Shown here: in pieces, positions 50,084-64,000 of the stretch
Layout of the letters: each line of letters starts with the position of its first letter
Numbering within the stretch: position 1 is the first letter of the stretch
DNA from: Auanema rhodensis
Taxonomy: Eukaryota > Animalia > Nematoda
DNA length: 64,000 nt
Direction of reading: 5' to 3'
Assembly: GCA_964057225.1 (NCBI GenBank)
Contig: OZ059896.1
Coordinates: forward strand, 8,618,001 to 8,682,000
Notes under the pieces: generated by a model
What the model saw: the letters and a program-made list of their open reading frames with translations, nothing else
Databases searched by the model: none
What the model was told of the DNA's origin: nothing
Program-made: the position numbers and the translations under genes

Positions 50084-53000
50084 ATGAGTTCAGTCAATGG
50101 TTCAGTTGATTTTGATGATTGGCTTGATATAGGCGAATCGTCTAATTTATTAACGCTTAAGTTAGATGATGTGCTAAATGATGTAGGTTTCAACCAAATG
50201 GTATTGGGATGAATTTCGTTTCCAGGTTGAACTTTTGGATGATAATTTATCATTTTTGGATGAATCTGAAAATTGTTCAACTTTCGGTCCCGAGCAAGCT
50301 TCTTCATTATCACCTACGTTATATCGATACCAACTTATTTCAGCAATATCATGCCTACGCCAGGGTAATTGTTATAAATTTAACTAGATGTTATTTATTT
50401 GTAGATTCTATATCACATCAGCTCTTATCATTGCATGAAAAGGCTGGTTCGTCTCAAGCTATTGCTGAGCATATGGGAAAAATAGCTGTTGGCACGAAAA
50501 AGGGTATGATTCTTATATTCAATGAACAGGTATTGCATTCACAACCATATTTTCTGATGTCTCTTTTTTTAGAATATATTAGAACGATTTGTTAAAGGCG
50601 ATGATTCTTCGGGCTCTGTGTCTTGCTTAGCTTTTAGCCCTGATAAGAGGGATATTGCTGTAGGATATAGTAAAGGGGGGATCAAGGTACTCTTGTTTCC
50701 CCATCAATCTAGATAAATATTTTTAAGGTGATAAATGTGAAAACTGGTACTGTGAAATTCAGTACTTCAGACGCAGCACAAATTGGCCATGGAATTTTAC
50801 AGGCAAGTCCTTAATAAATATTTTCAACAATTTTTTCTTATAGATCGTTTATATTGGGAATAATAATAGCTTTTTAACTTTGGATAGTGGTGGAAATGTT
50901 TTTGAAGTTAGATTAAGTTCAAGTCTTGTTAGAAGAAAACAACCGCAGGTTATTTTAAGCAAAATTTTTAGTTCAATAGTTTTTTTAAAGTCACGTTGTG
51001 TTTTCTCCGGATGTAATGGCGAAGTACTGTATATGAAATATCTCTCACATTCGTTATTAGCTCTTTTAACTGTTTCTAAAGTAAGTTTATGATAAGGTCA
51101 TGATCATTATTCTTATTAGCTCATGCTTGTTTCTACAAAGTTTGGAGGATCGGTTTTATGCTCGTTTCCGCTTGATTTCGAATCGAAACACCCACCTTTG
51201 ATTGACTATTGTTCTAAAACAGTAAGCTTTTTTCTATAAGATGTTTTGCTATTTATTGTATAAGGATAAACGAAGTTCTAAAGAACTCAAATTATGTGTC
51301 TGTCGTGGAACGGAAATTTTTATCATCACTGTGTTTCCTAGTCTATTAGCTAGTCGTCGAAAAGCTTCTGTTCTCAATGCTAAATTCACTGTTCCTACTC
51401 CTGTTGTGGGGCTACAATGGTTTAGTCCATACGGTATGTATTGTATGGTTTGTGGTAATAATATCGCTTTAGCTATTTTGACTGTGGATGCGAATGGTAA
51501 GACGTCCGTGCTGGATAGTGTGAAAGGTACAGTATTAAAAGCACAATCAAACAGCCTGGATCTGATTTTCAGCACAGCAGACTATAAGGTTTTTGTTTCG
51601 AATATGAACTTTTTATTTAATGTAAAATGCAGGGCTTAGCTACTGGTGGTAATGTATCTGCTGCTCTTCGAAGTCTAGCTGAGTTTGTATGTTACCAAAC
51701 CATGTGCAGATCAAACGAAGCAGTTTATATAATTGCATCTGACGGTTTATACACGATAAAAGCTCTAAATGAAGAAGACCAAGTTGAACTATTTTACGAA
51801 AAGTAATTTTATACATTTTTCCATTTATGATATATTGTGTTTAGAGGAGATTTTGCTTCTGCTTGTTTGTATCTGCACGATCTGATGATTAAAAGGACTC
51901 AAGTAACCGTGTCTTATCGAGAATCTCTTCGAAATTCTCTAAAACGTTTTAAAGTAATATTAATATTGTTTGTAAGTGGTGAAAGTTACAGATGGCTTGC
52001 ATCTTCTCACAGGGCATATAATGGATGGTTGTAAAAGTGGAAAAGTCAGCGAGCTGATGGCACATTATAAAGTAATAATCATATCATAATGTATATTACA
52101 AATTATAAATAACAGAAAAATATCCAAGTTTTGCTTTATACAAGCATTGGAGCAAAAATGTGCGATGTTCTGTTCGATTACTCATGGTCACGGTAAGACT
52201 ATTGTTTGCAACACCTTTCTTAATTCTCACTGCAGAATTGAGAAAGATCACCTAGCCAAAACTGTCTTGTTGGAATTGTTGGATGAATGGGTTCTTGATC
52301 AGGCTTTATATGAAGCTCCACCAGCTATTATTTCTGCTTATTTGACACATTTGAGCACAGAAGGCCATTTCGCTCAATTTCAGTCAGCTGTGGTTAGATT
52401 TCCTATTCACACAATTGACATAAATCATGTAAGAGAAGATCTTTTTGCTTTTTGTTAGTCAAAGATTTTGAGGTTATGGTGGTATGTAGACAAAATGGGT
52501 TATATGATGGTATCATATATGTATTTAATAAAGCACTAGGAGATTATATAACTCCATTGGAAGTATGGTAACAACAAAATTAATTGTTGAAAATTTTAAT
52601 TCAGGAAATGCTTGATGCTGTTGCCAGTTTTGTGTATAGGGATGTTTTTACTGATTCAGAAGTTGAACAAGGCAATCGGCTTCTTATGTATGTCCATTGC
52701 TGCCTAGCTGGTCATGCTTATCCTCTTGGTGCTTTACCTGATGATGCGAAAAAGCGTGTGCCTTTAGAGGTTAAACCTTTCAAAATTAATTGTGAATACT
52801 GTGTTTTAGATATATCGTTGTATTGTGTCTCTGAGAGGGAAAGACGGAAGACTATCAGATGATAAATATCCATACTTAAGGGTATTAATGTTGTTTGATG
52901 CTCAACAAGTTTTAAATATATATGTTTCAATTTCAATCAAAACCTCTTTTAGTTTGTGAATGGAATTTGCAATAGTGTTGATGCCTTCATTTTCCAAGAA

Positions 53001-55159
53001 GAAGATAGACTTCAAAGAATAGCCGAAACTGTTTGAAACTATTCTCGAAACTATTTTATATCATTACTTTTTCAGCTGGGACTCCTCTCCTGTGAACTTA
53101 GAACACATACAATTTTGGTACATTATCTTCAATTAATCATTCAGTTAGTTGAGAAAAATTTAATTCTACCTCCTGTTGAAATTATAGAGAATGTTTGTTT
53201 ATATTTATAGTTTTACAAATGACATCTTTATTAAGGTTATCAATTGTCTCCTTCAATCATCATGGCAAGATTCTTTTGCTGAAACGACAGTTGTTGATGT
53301 ATTGAAAATTGTTCCAACAATAGATAGGGGGAATGTGCTCAGATTAGCCCAAACTCCGTTAAGGTAATTAGCCTTGAAATCGGGCATATTAACCATATTT
53401 TAAGACCAATTATATGTTCTTTCCTTTATTCAAATGAGAGGCAGTTTATTGACTTAATTAAGTGTTGTTTGGTACAAGGAAATAATTCGGTATTCCACTC
53501 TTTTGTTATATAACTATACATTCCTTATCAGGAAATTTTTCCTGTTATAACTGGAATATTACATTCGGATCTAACATCAAAGGAAGCTGAAGATGTAGAA
53601 AGTTATGTTTACGAACTTTTACCTGTATGTATATAGATAGATACTATTGATGACGAATTTACTATATTTCCAGAAGTTGATGAAAAGTGACACAAGACAA
53701 TGTTCTCAAATGATTTTAAATTTTTATCCCACCTACTTAAATCAACTGGATTTATCAACTAAAGAAAGTAGACAAAAGCATGTAGTTCTTGTTAAGAACA
53801 TTATGATTATAAGGTATTTTTTGTATAGAATAAGCTTGAATTAAAACTGAATTGATCAATAGGAGAGAACGACAAGAAGCTGTTATAAGTGGAAACGAAG
53901 ACTTGGATGAACTACTTATGGGCTCAGTAATAGAGGATGCTTTTATTTCCCTTTCAGAATCTGCAGAAATAGACCAATATCTTGAGGCAAAATATTAGTT
54001 CACGATCGAACTCACAAATTCATTGTTTGTTCAGGATTTAATACAGTATTGGCAACCAATCGGAACTCGGACTGATTTCTGTCTGAACATTGTATCAGAA
54101 AATAATTCCTTGAAAGCTATGGTAAATTCGTAGCGCCTGTGTCTTCTTATTTTCCTTATTTAGATTTTATTATTAGAAGCTAGACGATTAATCGTGCGTG
54201 CATTTGATTTACTCTATGGAAAGCTTTCAGAATTGTCTAAAGGAAAAGAGTTAGGTTTGTGTCATGTTATTAATATAATCTTATAAACTTGATAAATTTC
54301 AGCCAATTGGTTAGAACAAACAATGAAGTTCTGTAATAGAAATCCGATTGAAACTGAGGCACATAGCTGGTTATTGAAGATTTTTAAAACAATTATCCTC
54401 AAAATGTCTGGTTCAGGTAGTTTCTAGATAATATAATATATACAGTTTTGTGTATAGAAATGGATAGCCAACTTGAACAATTGTGCATGCGCATTTTGTC
54501 AGCTGGTACTGTAGATGCACATGAACTTTTCACTTCGCTTGTAGATCATTCTAATATTTCCACATCATCTTACCAGTAAGTTAAGAAACTATTACGGCTG
54601 TTATGATCTCATCTTCAGGGAATACCATTCTTTGCTTAATTTTATACTTAAAGCTTGTTCCTTCGAGACATCAATGTTGAATGAAATACTCTTGTGTATG
54701 GTATGTTCCAAAAATAATAACTAATTTCGCTAAACTCATACTTTAGAATTTTGAAATGTCTCAATCATTAATGGAACTTCTGCATAAACCTTCTACCAGG
54801 GTTTCACAAGCTACGCTGTCAATTTGTGCAATTTGCTCACTACCTATTTCAAAGTCAGCGTTTGTGTTCGGGTAATTTATATCTATATACTATTCATATA
54901 TCACATGTAAAACTTTCAGTTGTGGGCACATTATTCATATGGATTGTGATCAAGGAAAACGGGAATGTCCTTGCAAAGGGGAATTTAGATATTTCGGGCA
55001 AAAGAAAATTCATTCAGAGTATTCCCTTTTCATTTCTTCAAATTATCATAATCTATATTTAGGAAAGACTATGCGAAATTCGTCAGATGTACAGAGAACA
55101 AAATAAAGAAAAATATATTTATCAACTGGGATCAACAACTGCAGCTTACTCCACATTGA
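50084..55159 (+). CDS. vps-8: CORVET subunit Vps8 (WD40 propeller, Vps8/clathrin-like solenoid, degenerate C-terminal RING); many short exons
   Basis: N-terminal WD-like repeats (IAVGTKKGMILIF; SVSCLAFSPDKRDIAVGYSKG); Vps8 core IDINHVMVVCRQNGLYDGIIYVFNKALGDYITPLEEM...GNRLLMYVHCCLAGHAYPLG; YPYLRVLMLFD; C-terminal CAICSLP...CGHIIHMDC...CPC. Confidence 0.9.
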
Positions 55160-56112
55160 ATAGATGTTTATGAACAAAAATTAAATCTGTGATAAAGCAT
55201 AATTTAAGGTGCTTTCTTATGGCAATGAAGTTTTAATAAATTTTATTTATCTGTAAATTTACTGATATCTGTTCGGAAAAATTCTGAAAAAAATATATTG
55301 AAGTTGCAGTGAACACACGTTCGGCATTGGTTTTAAAAAAATTTTCCATCCACCGTTATATCGTTTACATGATGTTTCTCCATAATCATTTATCCTTAGC
55401 TTTTCTCCTTTCGTTAAAACTATGTAGGTTTATTAGAATAATTAATCAAACGACTTCTACAGAGATTTACAAGATCCGCCCTTCCTTCTACCTTCACTTT
55501 CAAAAATAGAATCTACAACAATCAAGGTAGTTAGTTATTTATCACCGAATGATCACCGCAATTTTTTATCCTTGGCTTTTTTTTCAATTCTTGAGACTAG
55601 ACTTTATCCTTCAATTTTTTAAAAACAAGTACTTGATAGAAAATTGTTGGATAGTTGAACAATATCAATTTCTTTAGCACAACAGAATTTAATCATATTT
55701 TCGAAACCACTTCAAGAATTCCTTTTAAAGCTTAGCCAAACTAAACTTAAAATAAACTCTGTACAAAACTTGAAGGCCACCCCAAACATGGTTAAACAAC
55801 GATGAATTAACATTCCATACATTTATCGTAAAAGTAAGCTCACGTAGCTGTCCTAAGTACTAATTTCAGAATACTTTTTGTCCCCGGGATTTGCAGATTT
55901 CCTTGAAAATCTTGAAATATGGTTGAAGGGTCTCATTGAAGCTATTGAATATATTAGATTTAATCCAAACACTCCACCCACAAAAAAAATCCGAATTATC
56001 CTAAGAATCAAAAATAAAAGTTTGATATCGATACCAAGTTATAATATAAAAATTGATTAAAAAAAAAAGAAGGAATTTTATAACAATTTATATTCAACGA
56101 AAACAATGAACT

Positions 56113-56504
56113 TTACTCGGTCTTAGCAGACTTAGCTTGCTTAAGGACACGAGCGACGATCTTCTGTTCCTCGACGAGGAAGGCTCTGGTGATGCGTTCC
56201 TTAACAGCGCTAGCAGAAAGGCAACCTCCGTAGGAACGAGAAACAGTTCTTTGGTTCTTGGCCATTCTAGAGAGCTCACGTGGACGTCCGGGTGTGATCT
56301 AACAAAGCAAAAATTAAAATAAATTATAACAATTGAATAACTGACTCCGTGAAGCTTAACTCCGGTATCTCTGCATACTGGGATAGCTCCTCTCTTCTTG
56401 ATGTATTGGTAGACGAGTCTTCCACCAGGAGTCTTAACAATTCTAGTCCTGTTAGACTTGGTGTTGTAGGAAAGTCTACGTCTGTAGGTGACCCTTTGAG
56501 ACAT
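56113..56504 (-). CDS. rpl-34: 60S ribosomal protein L34 (eL34), 2 exons
   Basis: [34 protein letters not shown]...[54 protein letters not shown]...*. Confidence 0.98.
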
Positions 56505-56891
56505 TTCACCTACAAAACAATGTTCATAAACATAAACAAAAATAAACAAAATAAAAAAAGCCAAATACAGAAAAATCAAAAACACATTGAGAAAACGGTC
56601 ACCATCGTTCTACCTCATTTTCCTACTTAAAACTTAACTAGAACCCCAGAAAATTAAAAAAATAAAACATAGTTTTAATTTAAATGCATAGGCCTCGGCA
56701 AATATACTAGTCCCGTTCACTTTCATACACCTCGGGTTACTGTATATCAATAAACACGCCAGCTAGCGCGGGAGTTTGAAAATAATATTTCTTAAGATGA
56801 ATCAATAACGTGAGGCTGCAGCAGACTATACCCTGTTATCCTAAACCAAAAATGATTTGAAAATTACGGCTTTATAAATACTCAAAAAATA

Positions 56892-59537
56892 ATGGAACTT
56901 ACGTCTCGGATAAAATCTGTTATTTTTGGCTCTAATGAAGATTTGCGCGATGGTTCGAGCATTGCCCACCGTGTGGGCATGGTTGTTGAGGTGTCAGACG
57001 GTGCATTTATCGGAGGATTTATTCCAAGTTCGTAATTACAAAAATTAACTACGTTCAAATTTGCTTTTTTAGTGTTTATATAAACTAAATTCTATTTGTA
57101 GATGCTTAATATGTAGAATGTGCTCGTGTTGTGTTCGTGTTAGGATAAAAAATTAATGTTACTATTATTATCATGTTGAACATTTAAAGGCATTGTCGAG
57201 AAGCATCCTTTTCCATATAGTCGACCTGAATTTCTATTGTACAATGAAGATGAGACAAAATTGTCTGCGGATCCTTCGGTACGGCCAGTGGTTTGCCCTA
57301 AGTTTCCTAATCGTATGCCATTATACGCAGGTTATGCTGAGGTTATCAATAGCGGTTAGTTGCCCAGACCCCAGTACCACATGCGTAATCATGTTTAAGG
57401 TAAAACTGAACTAAACGAAGATCAAGCTTCTGCCAGAATTATTTCTCTTGTACAGCAGTGCCATGAAGTTGAAGAGAATAAACCAGTGGAATTTAATGGG
57501 TATGTAATACGAGTCTATTTCATATTTTTCTTTTTTTTCAACGTTTCCATTTTCTATTTTTGAGTCTCATTTTTTGTAAATCGAAGTGAATAAAAATAGA
57601 GATGATTTAGATATACAGGTGTACCTACTGAAGAACATCTATCTGTTGACGATGATAGCTCGACGTCTCCAGCGAATAGTTCAAAGGTTTCCTCATTTTC
57701 AAATTTGATATTCTGAATCACCTGTTGTAGCTTTCAATGAATACGGGAATTCGCTCGGAAGCGTCTTTTTTTGCTATTCTGGATGGGCATGCAGGCTGTT
57801 CTGCTGCTGTAGTTTCTAGTAAATGTCTTCATGAACATGTGAAGGTGGTTTTTTCTTTTCAATTCAGCTCAATTATCATTTAACAATCAAAGCTTAATTT
57901 TTTTTGGAGACTCGTTGCTCCCCTCGCTTATTGTAGCTCGCGATTAAACCTCGCCGATGTACCCGTCGATAGCTCAGTTGGTAGAGCGGAGGACTGTAGA
58001 GTTGTGGGCATCCTTAGGTCGCTGGTTCGAATCCGGCTCGACGGAGTTGTTTTGCCTAATTCAAGCATCATCTATTTTTATCAAAAAATTAATATCTGTT
58101 GATAGAATAGCTTTTAGATTCGTTTATGCCAAACTTTGGAATATATTTTGCATCAAGATCGTGAGGAAAGCAGGCTTCTTGGCCGTTTTCATTCATCTGA
58201 ATCGTTTTACAACATTTGCAAAGTAATGTTATTACTCCTTCTCTTAAACATATGAAATATAGATGAATCCATCCCAAACAATTAAATGTGATCAGATGGT
58301 AATTGGAGCTCTACAAGCTGCATTTGTTGATATGGTAACTAATGCTGGGTAATGGAAGTTTAAAATTCATATACAGGATAATCAAATAGCCGAAGACAAA
58401 CAAGTATGGCGTTTACCTGGTGGTTGTGCAGCTATAGCTATTCTAGTATTTCTAGGCAAAGTTTATGTTGGTAAGGGTTTCACGCCTTTAAAAAAAACAA
58501 TTTTTAATTTATCATTTTTAGCCAATGCAGGAGATTGTCGTGCCGTCTTAGTTTGTTCCCAAGGAACCAGAGCTCTAAGCATGGATTTCACTCCTGAAAC
58601 AGAGAGAAAAAGGCTACAAACTATTGTATTGTTCAATTGATTAAACTCTCGAATTCCAATTTTTAAGGCATACAATAATCCGGAATACATTCGAAATAAA
58701 TTCAGTAGGCTAGAATACTCGAGACCTCTCTTCAAAAAAGATCTTCAATCGAAAGTACTTTACAGGTTTATGAAAGTTTGGTTAATTATTAACCTTTTTT
58801 TGTTTTTAGAGATTGGTTCATGGATGGTTGGGCATTGAAAACAGTTCAGGCTTCAGATCTTAAGCCTCCTCTAATAAGTGAATCATTCAAAAAGGTTATC
58901 ATTATATTTTCATCTTTCTTAGTTTTTTTTTAATTCAGAAGCGATTATTAAACACAATAGGTGTCTCTCGAGGACTAGGAGATCATCACCTTTTAACCGT
59001 TGATGAAAGGATTCCAATAAAACCTTTTCTTACACCAGTTCCAGAAGTTTGTTTAAAGAAATTCAATATTAATTTTCAATCAAATTCGTTCTTTCATTTT
59101 TAGGTGGAAATTCTTGATCTGAGAAGTTTGGATAGCTTAACGGATAAGGATGTTATAATTATTGCATCTGATGGATTATGGGATGTTCTAAGTAATGAAG
59201 AAGCTGCAATGATTGTTCGATCCGCCCTCTCAACTATTGATGTTGATGATCCAGCACGGTGTGCATTATTTTTAAATTTTAAATTTCTTATATTCATTAA
59301 GATATACGGTAGCTGCTCAAGAGCTAGTAATAGCTGCAAGAGGAAATTTTGAAGAAGGCCGCTGGAGTATGACCGCGGGGGGGCATTCCTCGAATGATGA
59401 TATTACAGTTAGTTTCTAGTTCATATAAATTGCAAAGTGTTAACATATTTCAGGTATTTGTAATTCCTTTGATACATTGCATAGCGCCACCAGAAATCAA
59501 AAGCGATGACGACTCTTTCAGTTTTGGCTCTGAATAA
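56892..59537 (+). CDS. PP2C-family protein phosphatase, PPM1H/J/M subfamily
   Basis: FPYSRPEFL, GYAEVINSGKTELNEDQA, FAILDGHAG, VANAGDCRAV, LSMDFTPETERKRLQ, RLLNTIGVSRGLGDH, IIASDGLWDVLSN and SNDDITVFVIPL. The ATG at 56892 is less certain than the rest. Confidence 0.92.
57963..58045 (+). tRNA. tRNA-Tyr (anticodon GTA) with a 10-nt intron (58000-58009), nested in a PP2C intron
   Basis: CCGTCGA acceptor stem pairs with TCGACGG+A; A-box TAGCTCAGTTGG; anticodon GTA at 57996-57998; intron after position 37; B-box GGTTCGAATCC; T4 run at 58050-58053. Confidence 0.97.
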
Positions 59538-59724
59538 TCTTTAATTCGAAAGCATTTACATTCATTTTTATTAGTAGATGGATTAAAACTCCTATAAAAT
59601 TTGTAGTACAACTAAACAGCAATACACGTATTCATAAAATACAATTAATTATCACAATCATGAATTTAGATATTCCCGTATAGCCCAGAAGTGTAAATAG
59701 TTATAATCGATTAGTCAATAAGGT

Positions 59725-62221
59725 TTATTCACTTTCGTTTGGTTCAGCGTTTTGTCTCTCCAAAAGTAGCTCTTTATTAATATGTTGCCAATCCCACTGT
59801 TGATCAACTTTAGTAGAATCACAAGTTTGCATATAAATGTAGCCAGATCCATCAGATGCAGCTGCCATACATTGCGCAGAGATGGGATGAAATAGCTGCT
59901 TAGTTTCCATACGATATTTAAATAGCTGATTTCCTTTCATACTATGGCTAGAACAAAAAAAAGGTTATGAAAGAGGTAGCACGCTTACCAGTCAAAAAGG
60001 ATAACTGGAGCTTTATCTGTCGAAGTTGAAGCATCGAAGCAAACGGTTCTACCATTTGGTCGTAAATCATGCCAACGGGTTAACCGAAGATTCTAAACTT
60101 CATTAGTATTTATTCTATTATTATCACCGAAAACTATACTTGTTCGCCACCAGAGGTAGGATCATCACTTATACATTTTCGAAGACCAAAGCGTTGATTT
60201 GATTGTTTGTATTGCGTGTCAATACAAAGGTTTGAAGCCTTGTGACGAATTTCTCCTAAAATACAAAGTTTTTATTATTAAACGCAAACGTGATAACCTT
60301 GAGCAGATGGTTCGGGTTGAACAGCCGGATAATATTTGTCTTGATCAAAAGCAATTTCCTTCATAAACCAGTCGAAAGACTTGCACTTCAGCCTCTCTCG
60401 TACTGCTTTTTGTCGACTAATGTCACCTGAAACATTCAATAGGCCAATATGTATGTACCATAATGTACCTGGATCAGCATCACCTACTCCGGGCCTATGT
60501 TTGAAAAGATGTTGTTTATATTCATCCATCCACACCTAAAGTTATTAATATAAATGGTTGTGTTATCTATATGTGTACCTCAGCAACTCTTTTGTAGTTT
60601 CTACTAATAAAATCACCAACTCCTGCGTTCTTGAAAGGCATATATTTACAACGATAGATATGAGCAACACGAGAGCAAGGTGCATCAACCATTCTGCCAT
60701 GACATTGCCATACCTTGAAGTAAAAACAAATTAAGAAAAAAAAGTTGAACAAACCTTGAAGCTCAACTCATATTGTTCTCCGCCCCAAATGTCAAGACCA
60801 TCGTCATATCCTCCCAGTTCCCAAAACCATTTGGTTGAGATTGCAAAATATCCACCAGCCATTACTGGACTTGGGAAAGGTTTCGTAGGAGTTTCATGAT
60901 CAATTTTGCGAAGAGGCAATCTTTTGTAATTGAAAGACCAATCGAAAGATCCTGAAACAAAAAATATAACTCAAAATGTAATTCAGACATCTAACCACGT
61001 GCTCCTTCATCTTGGGGTCGAATTTCGTAAGTGTCACAGTCAATCACATCCACGAACGGACAAACTATCGTTCTAAATAAAAGATGTTTCAACAATAATC
61101 GGGATATTCAACTTGTAATTTTCAGCAATAGGATCAAGCAGAGGTGGCAACCAATTATAATTCGCTTCCGAATGAGAATCTAAGAATATGAGAACTTCTC
61201 CTGATGCTTGCTCGGCTCCAATTTGTCGAGCTCTGATGAGTCCTTCTCTTCTTCTTAAATATAAAAAGATAAGATTCATTGTTTAGATGACGATAACTTA
61301 GTTCTCACAACTCGTACAATGTGATCTATATTAGCTCTTTTGAAGAAATCATCAAGTGGTTGCTTAAGAAAAGGTTTTTCGCTAAAATCATCAACGAGTA
61401 TAATCTAAAGATATTTTTAAACAATTGCCGACTTTGAGCATGCAAACCTCTTTGAGAAGTTCAGCTGGAGATCGATTAATAATAGAATATACAGAGCGTA
61501 GTAAGGTGGAGTTGTGCTGTATTTTAAAGATTTGAACACTTTCAATTAAATAATACAAACCTCTTCATGAAAAGGGAATATAACTGAAACTGTTGGCAAT
61601 TTTGCAGAATACTTTATGTCCATGCATTGGCGATGCCGTATGTCCTTGATAGATCTGTTTAAAGGAATCATATCAGAAATGTAAGCATTGTATCCATTGG
61701 CTTTATATAATGCTAGCTTTAAAAAATAATTAAAATATTTATGACACATTTATATTCATACCGCTTCCTTTTCCACGTTTGGATCATTTGGTAACTCAAC
61801 TGGTTTGCCTTGTTCACCTGGACCCGAACGAGATTGGTCTTTTCTATATTCTGCTCGATTTAACCAATCCTATTTTATAAAATGAAAATTGAATGTAAAA
61901 TATAACATTACTATTTTTTCCTGATTCTTGTATTTTAAAAAAGGATCTTTACCAAAATTTTGGTCTGGTGATTCTACGATCTCATTATTATGTACTACTA
62001 GAAGAAAATAATTAAGACAAAATTATGAAGTATATCGACTTACCGTTCTCACCAGGAAATCGCTCTTGGTTCAAATTAACACCTGATAACTCGGCGTCGT
62101 ATGTCCTATTTGATAACTTCTGTTGTACTACGAATGAATATACAGTATATAAAAACCCTAGGCATATTAGGTATTGAACAACACTAACATATCTACGACT
62201 AATATAACGGCTTAACTGCAT
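59725..62221 (-). CDS. gly-10: Polypeptide N-acetylgalactosaminyltransferase (GALNT10-like) with ricin-B lectin domain
   Basis: [10 protein letters not shown] plus TM anchor; [40 protein letters not shown] (DxH), [36 protein letters not shown]; lectin repeats with QQWDW. Confidence 0.95.
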
Positions 62222-62623
62222 CAAGCCTTGCTGAAACAATATTTTTAAGTTTATAACAAGAGTAAAGTAAGGGAAATTATTAGTTCATGAAACATTGATA
62301 ATGCCACGCGGCAACACACGTTCATACAACTAATGAAACAGGCCCTAATGCAAACAGACACATTTGGGTGGGACCTGGCAAGAATTTAACTAATACGTCA
62401 GTGATTATTATGTCTCCCAAATTTTCTAATATTCTACTATAAGTGTCTTCTTTATAGCTTTTCGATTTTAAATTACAAGCCCATTTCAGAGCTATAGCAA
62501 CCAAAACCAAGTATTAAAGTGTGTATATACGCAAAAAAGTATGAACATATAATATTGACAAGTTTATTACGGTGCCTCCGTCGCGAAACATCGCAAAAAC
62601 AATAACAACGAACAATAGTTGAT

Positions 62624-63372
62624 TTAGTTCTTGTAGCCCCTGCTGGCTCTGCGACCACGAGCTCTCTCGAACTTTCTTCCCTTTGATCTGACGTATGGCT
62701 TGGTGTGACTGTGAGGTACTCCAGGAGCAGGTCCGAAGTGCTTCTCAGCTTCACGAGCCTTACGGGGTCCCTATAAATATGAATATAAGTTTATAAGCAA
62801 AAATATAAAATTTACCTGGATGAGAAGGGTGTTTTCTCCCTTAGGGGCACGGATGGCGAGCTGGTCAAGGGTGATGATTTCTCCACCAGCCTTAAGGATA
62901 CGGGCACGAGCGGTGTCAGTGACTTTAAGGGCAGCCAACTAAAAACTTTCAATAAACAAAAATAATCCTTAAACATGAAACTAACGGTGATCTTGGGAGT
63001 TTTGTAGAGACGAGCATCATCAGTAACAGTGCTCAAAGTAACAACGATCTTGTTGTCATTACCCTTCTTGGCCAAGATTCTGGCAATACGAGCAATGGAC
63101 ATTGGGGCACGGAATCTTCTGGACATGAAAAGTCTCTTTTGGATGATCTCGTTGAATTTAGCTCCAGTGCGACGAGCCAAATATCCGTAGACCTATATTT
63201 TACCAAAATATATTCATACAACAACTTCGAAAGCTTACCTTAGCCAAAATTCTGACATATGGATCTTCACTTCTTGGGGCCGTACGGCGAACCTTACGGT
63301 CATGCTTGTGATTGATGTCAATACCCTAATATAGGAAATGAATTGGCATATACATACAAAAAAACTCACCAT
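62624..63372 (-). CDS. rpl-18: 60S ribosomal protein L18 (eL18); the ATG alone ends the first exon
   Basis: [62 protein letters not shown]...[38 protein letters not shown]. Confidence 0.98.
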
Positions 63373-64000
63373 GACGAAAAGCTACAAGCTTTCGGGATAC
63401 CCTAAAGCAAAAAAACCATTATAATGCATAATTATAAACACGATAACAAATATATGAAGAGTTGCTAACAATCCAAAGCAGATATACGTAAATTAAATAC
63501 TCACAAAACAGAAAATCTTTTAAAAAAAGGGGGCATAAATTTGGGATTCAAGGGTATTTCTACTATGAAAGTGTTGAATGGGTTACTGTAAAATGACCTT
63601 CGTGGTGGGACCAAAAATTTAACTTTGACGCCCTTGAAACATTTGAAAACTCAATTCAATAAAAAATTATTGTATACTGGAGCATTGTAAAACCAACTAT
63701 TTACCAAGGAATTAAACAATATAACATTTTAACATTTATCCTAGAATACTACAGAATTGCAGGTCGCAGCGAGTCCTTAGATTTTCGAGATGAGTTAACA
63801 GTGGTAGCAAATATAGTGCAGCTATTATTTTTAGAAGTTTGGATAGAGGGTCTTGGTTTATAATAAATTTAATTTAAAGAAACCTCTAAGAATAATCATA
63901 CTAAGCCAATAAACTTGCACTTGGGCTGTACTTTCTTGCAGGTTGAACCGAAATTCCAAAATGATCCTTCCACTCCTTGTTCCAGTTTTTATTTGCTTTC

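Noticed and set aside
57896-57912. AATTTTTTTTGGAGACTC resembling a U5 snRNA Sm-site region
   Set aside because: No U5 loop 1 (GCCTTTTAC) or 5' stem upstream.
63600-64000. Possible coding sequence at the window edge
   Set aside because: Short open stretches on both strands, truncated by the window, with no recognisable motif.

Overview
Eukaryotic genomic DNA from a rhabditid (clade V-type) nematode, judged from very short (about 40-50 nt) spliceosomal introns, probable trans-splice acceptors just upstream of ATGs, and close homologues of C. elegans genes. The window has two contrasting halves. 1-36.5 kb is very AT-rich and full of microsatellites. It holds the 3' part of an L-type amino-acid transporter (aat-3-like), a DM-domain transcription factor (dmd-7-like) with an ~18 kb gene-free upstream region, a UDP-glycosyltransferase, a 283-bp near-perfect direct repeat, a degenerate GT92/DUF23-like gene and a probable orphan gene. 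37.9-63.4 kb is a compact housekeeping block: gdh-1, tgt-1, an ADH/MDR-like gene lacking zinc ligands, ZNF207/BuGZ, dnj-2, GMPPB/tag-335, vps-8, rpl-34, a PPM1H-type PP2C with an intron-containing tRNA-Tyr(GUA) nested in one of its introns, gly-10 and rpl-18. Gene models were stitched by hand; names and synteny come from recall, not database searches. The most notable observations are relaxed splice signals (GC donors, GAG/AAG acceptors) at near-fixed intron length, two apparent pseudoenzymes, the duplicated structured cassette, and recurrent non-coding motifs in the DM-gene desert. I did not find an unambiguous new multi-gene system.
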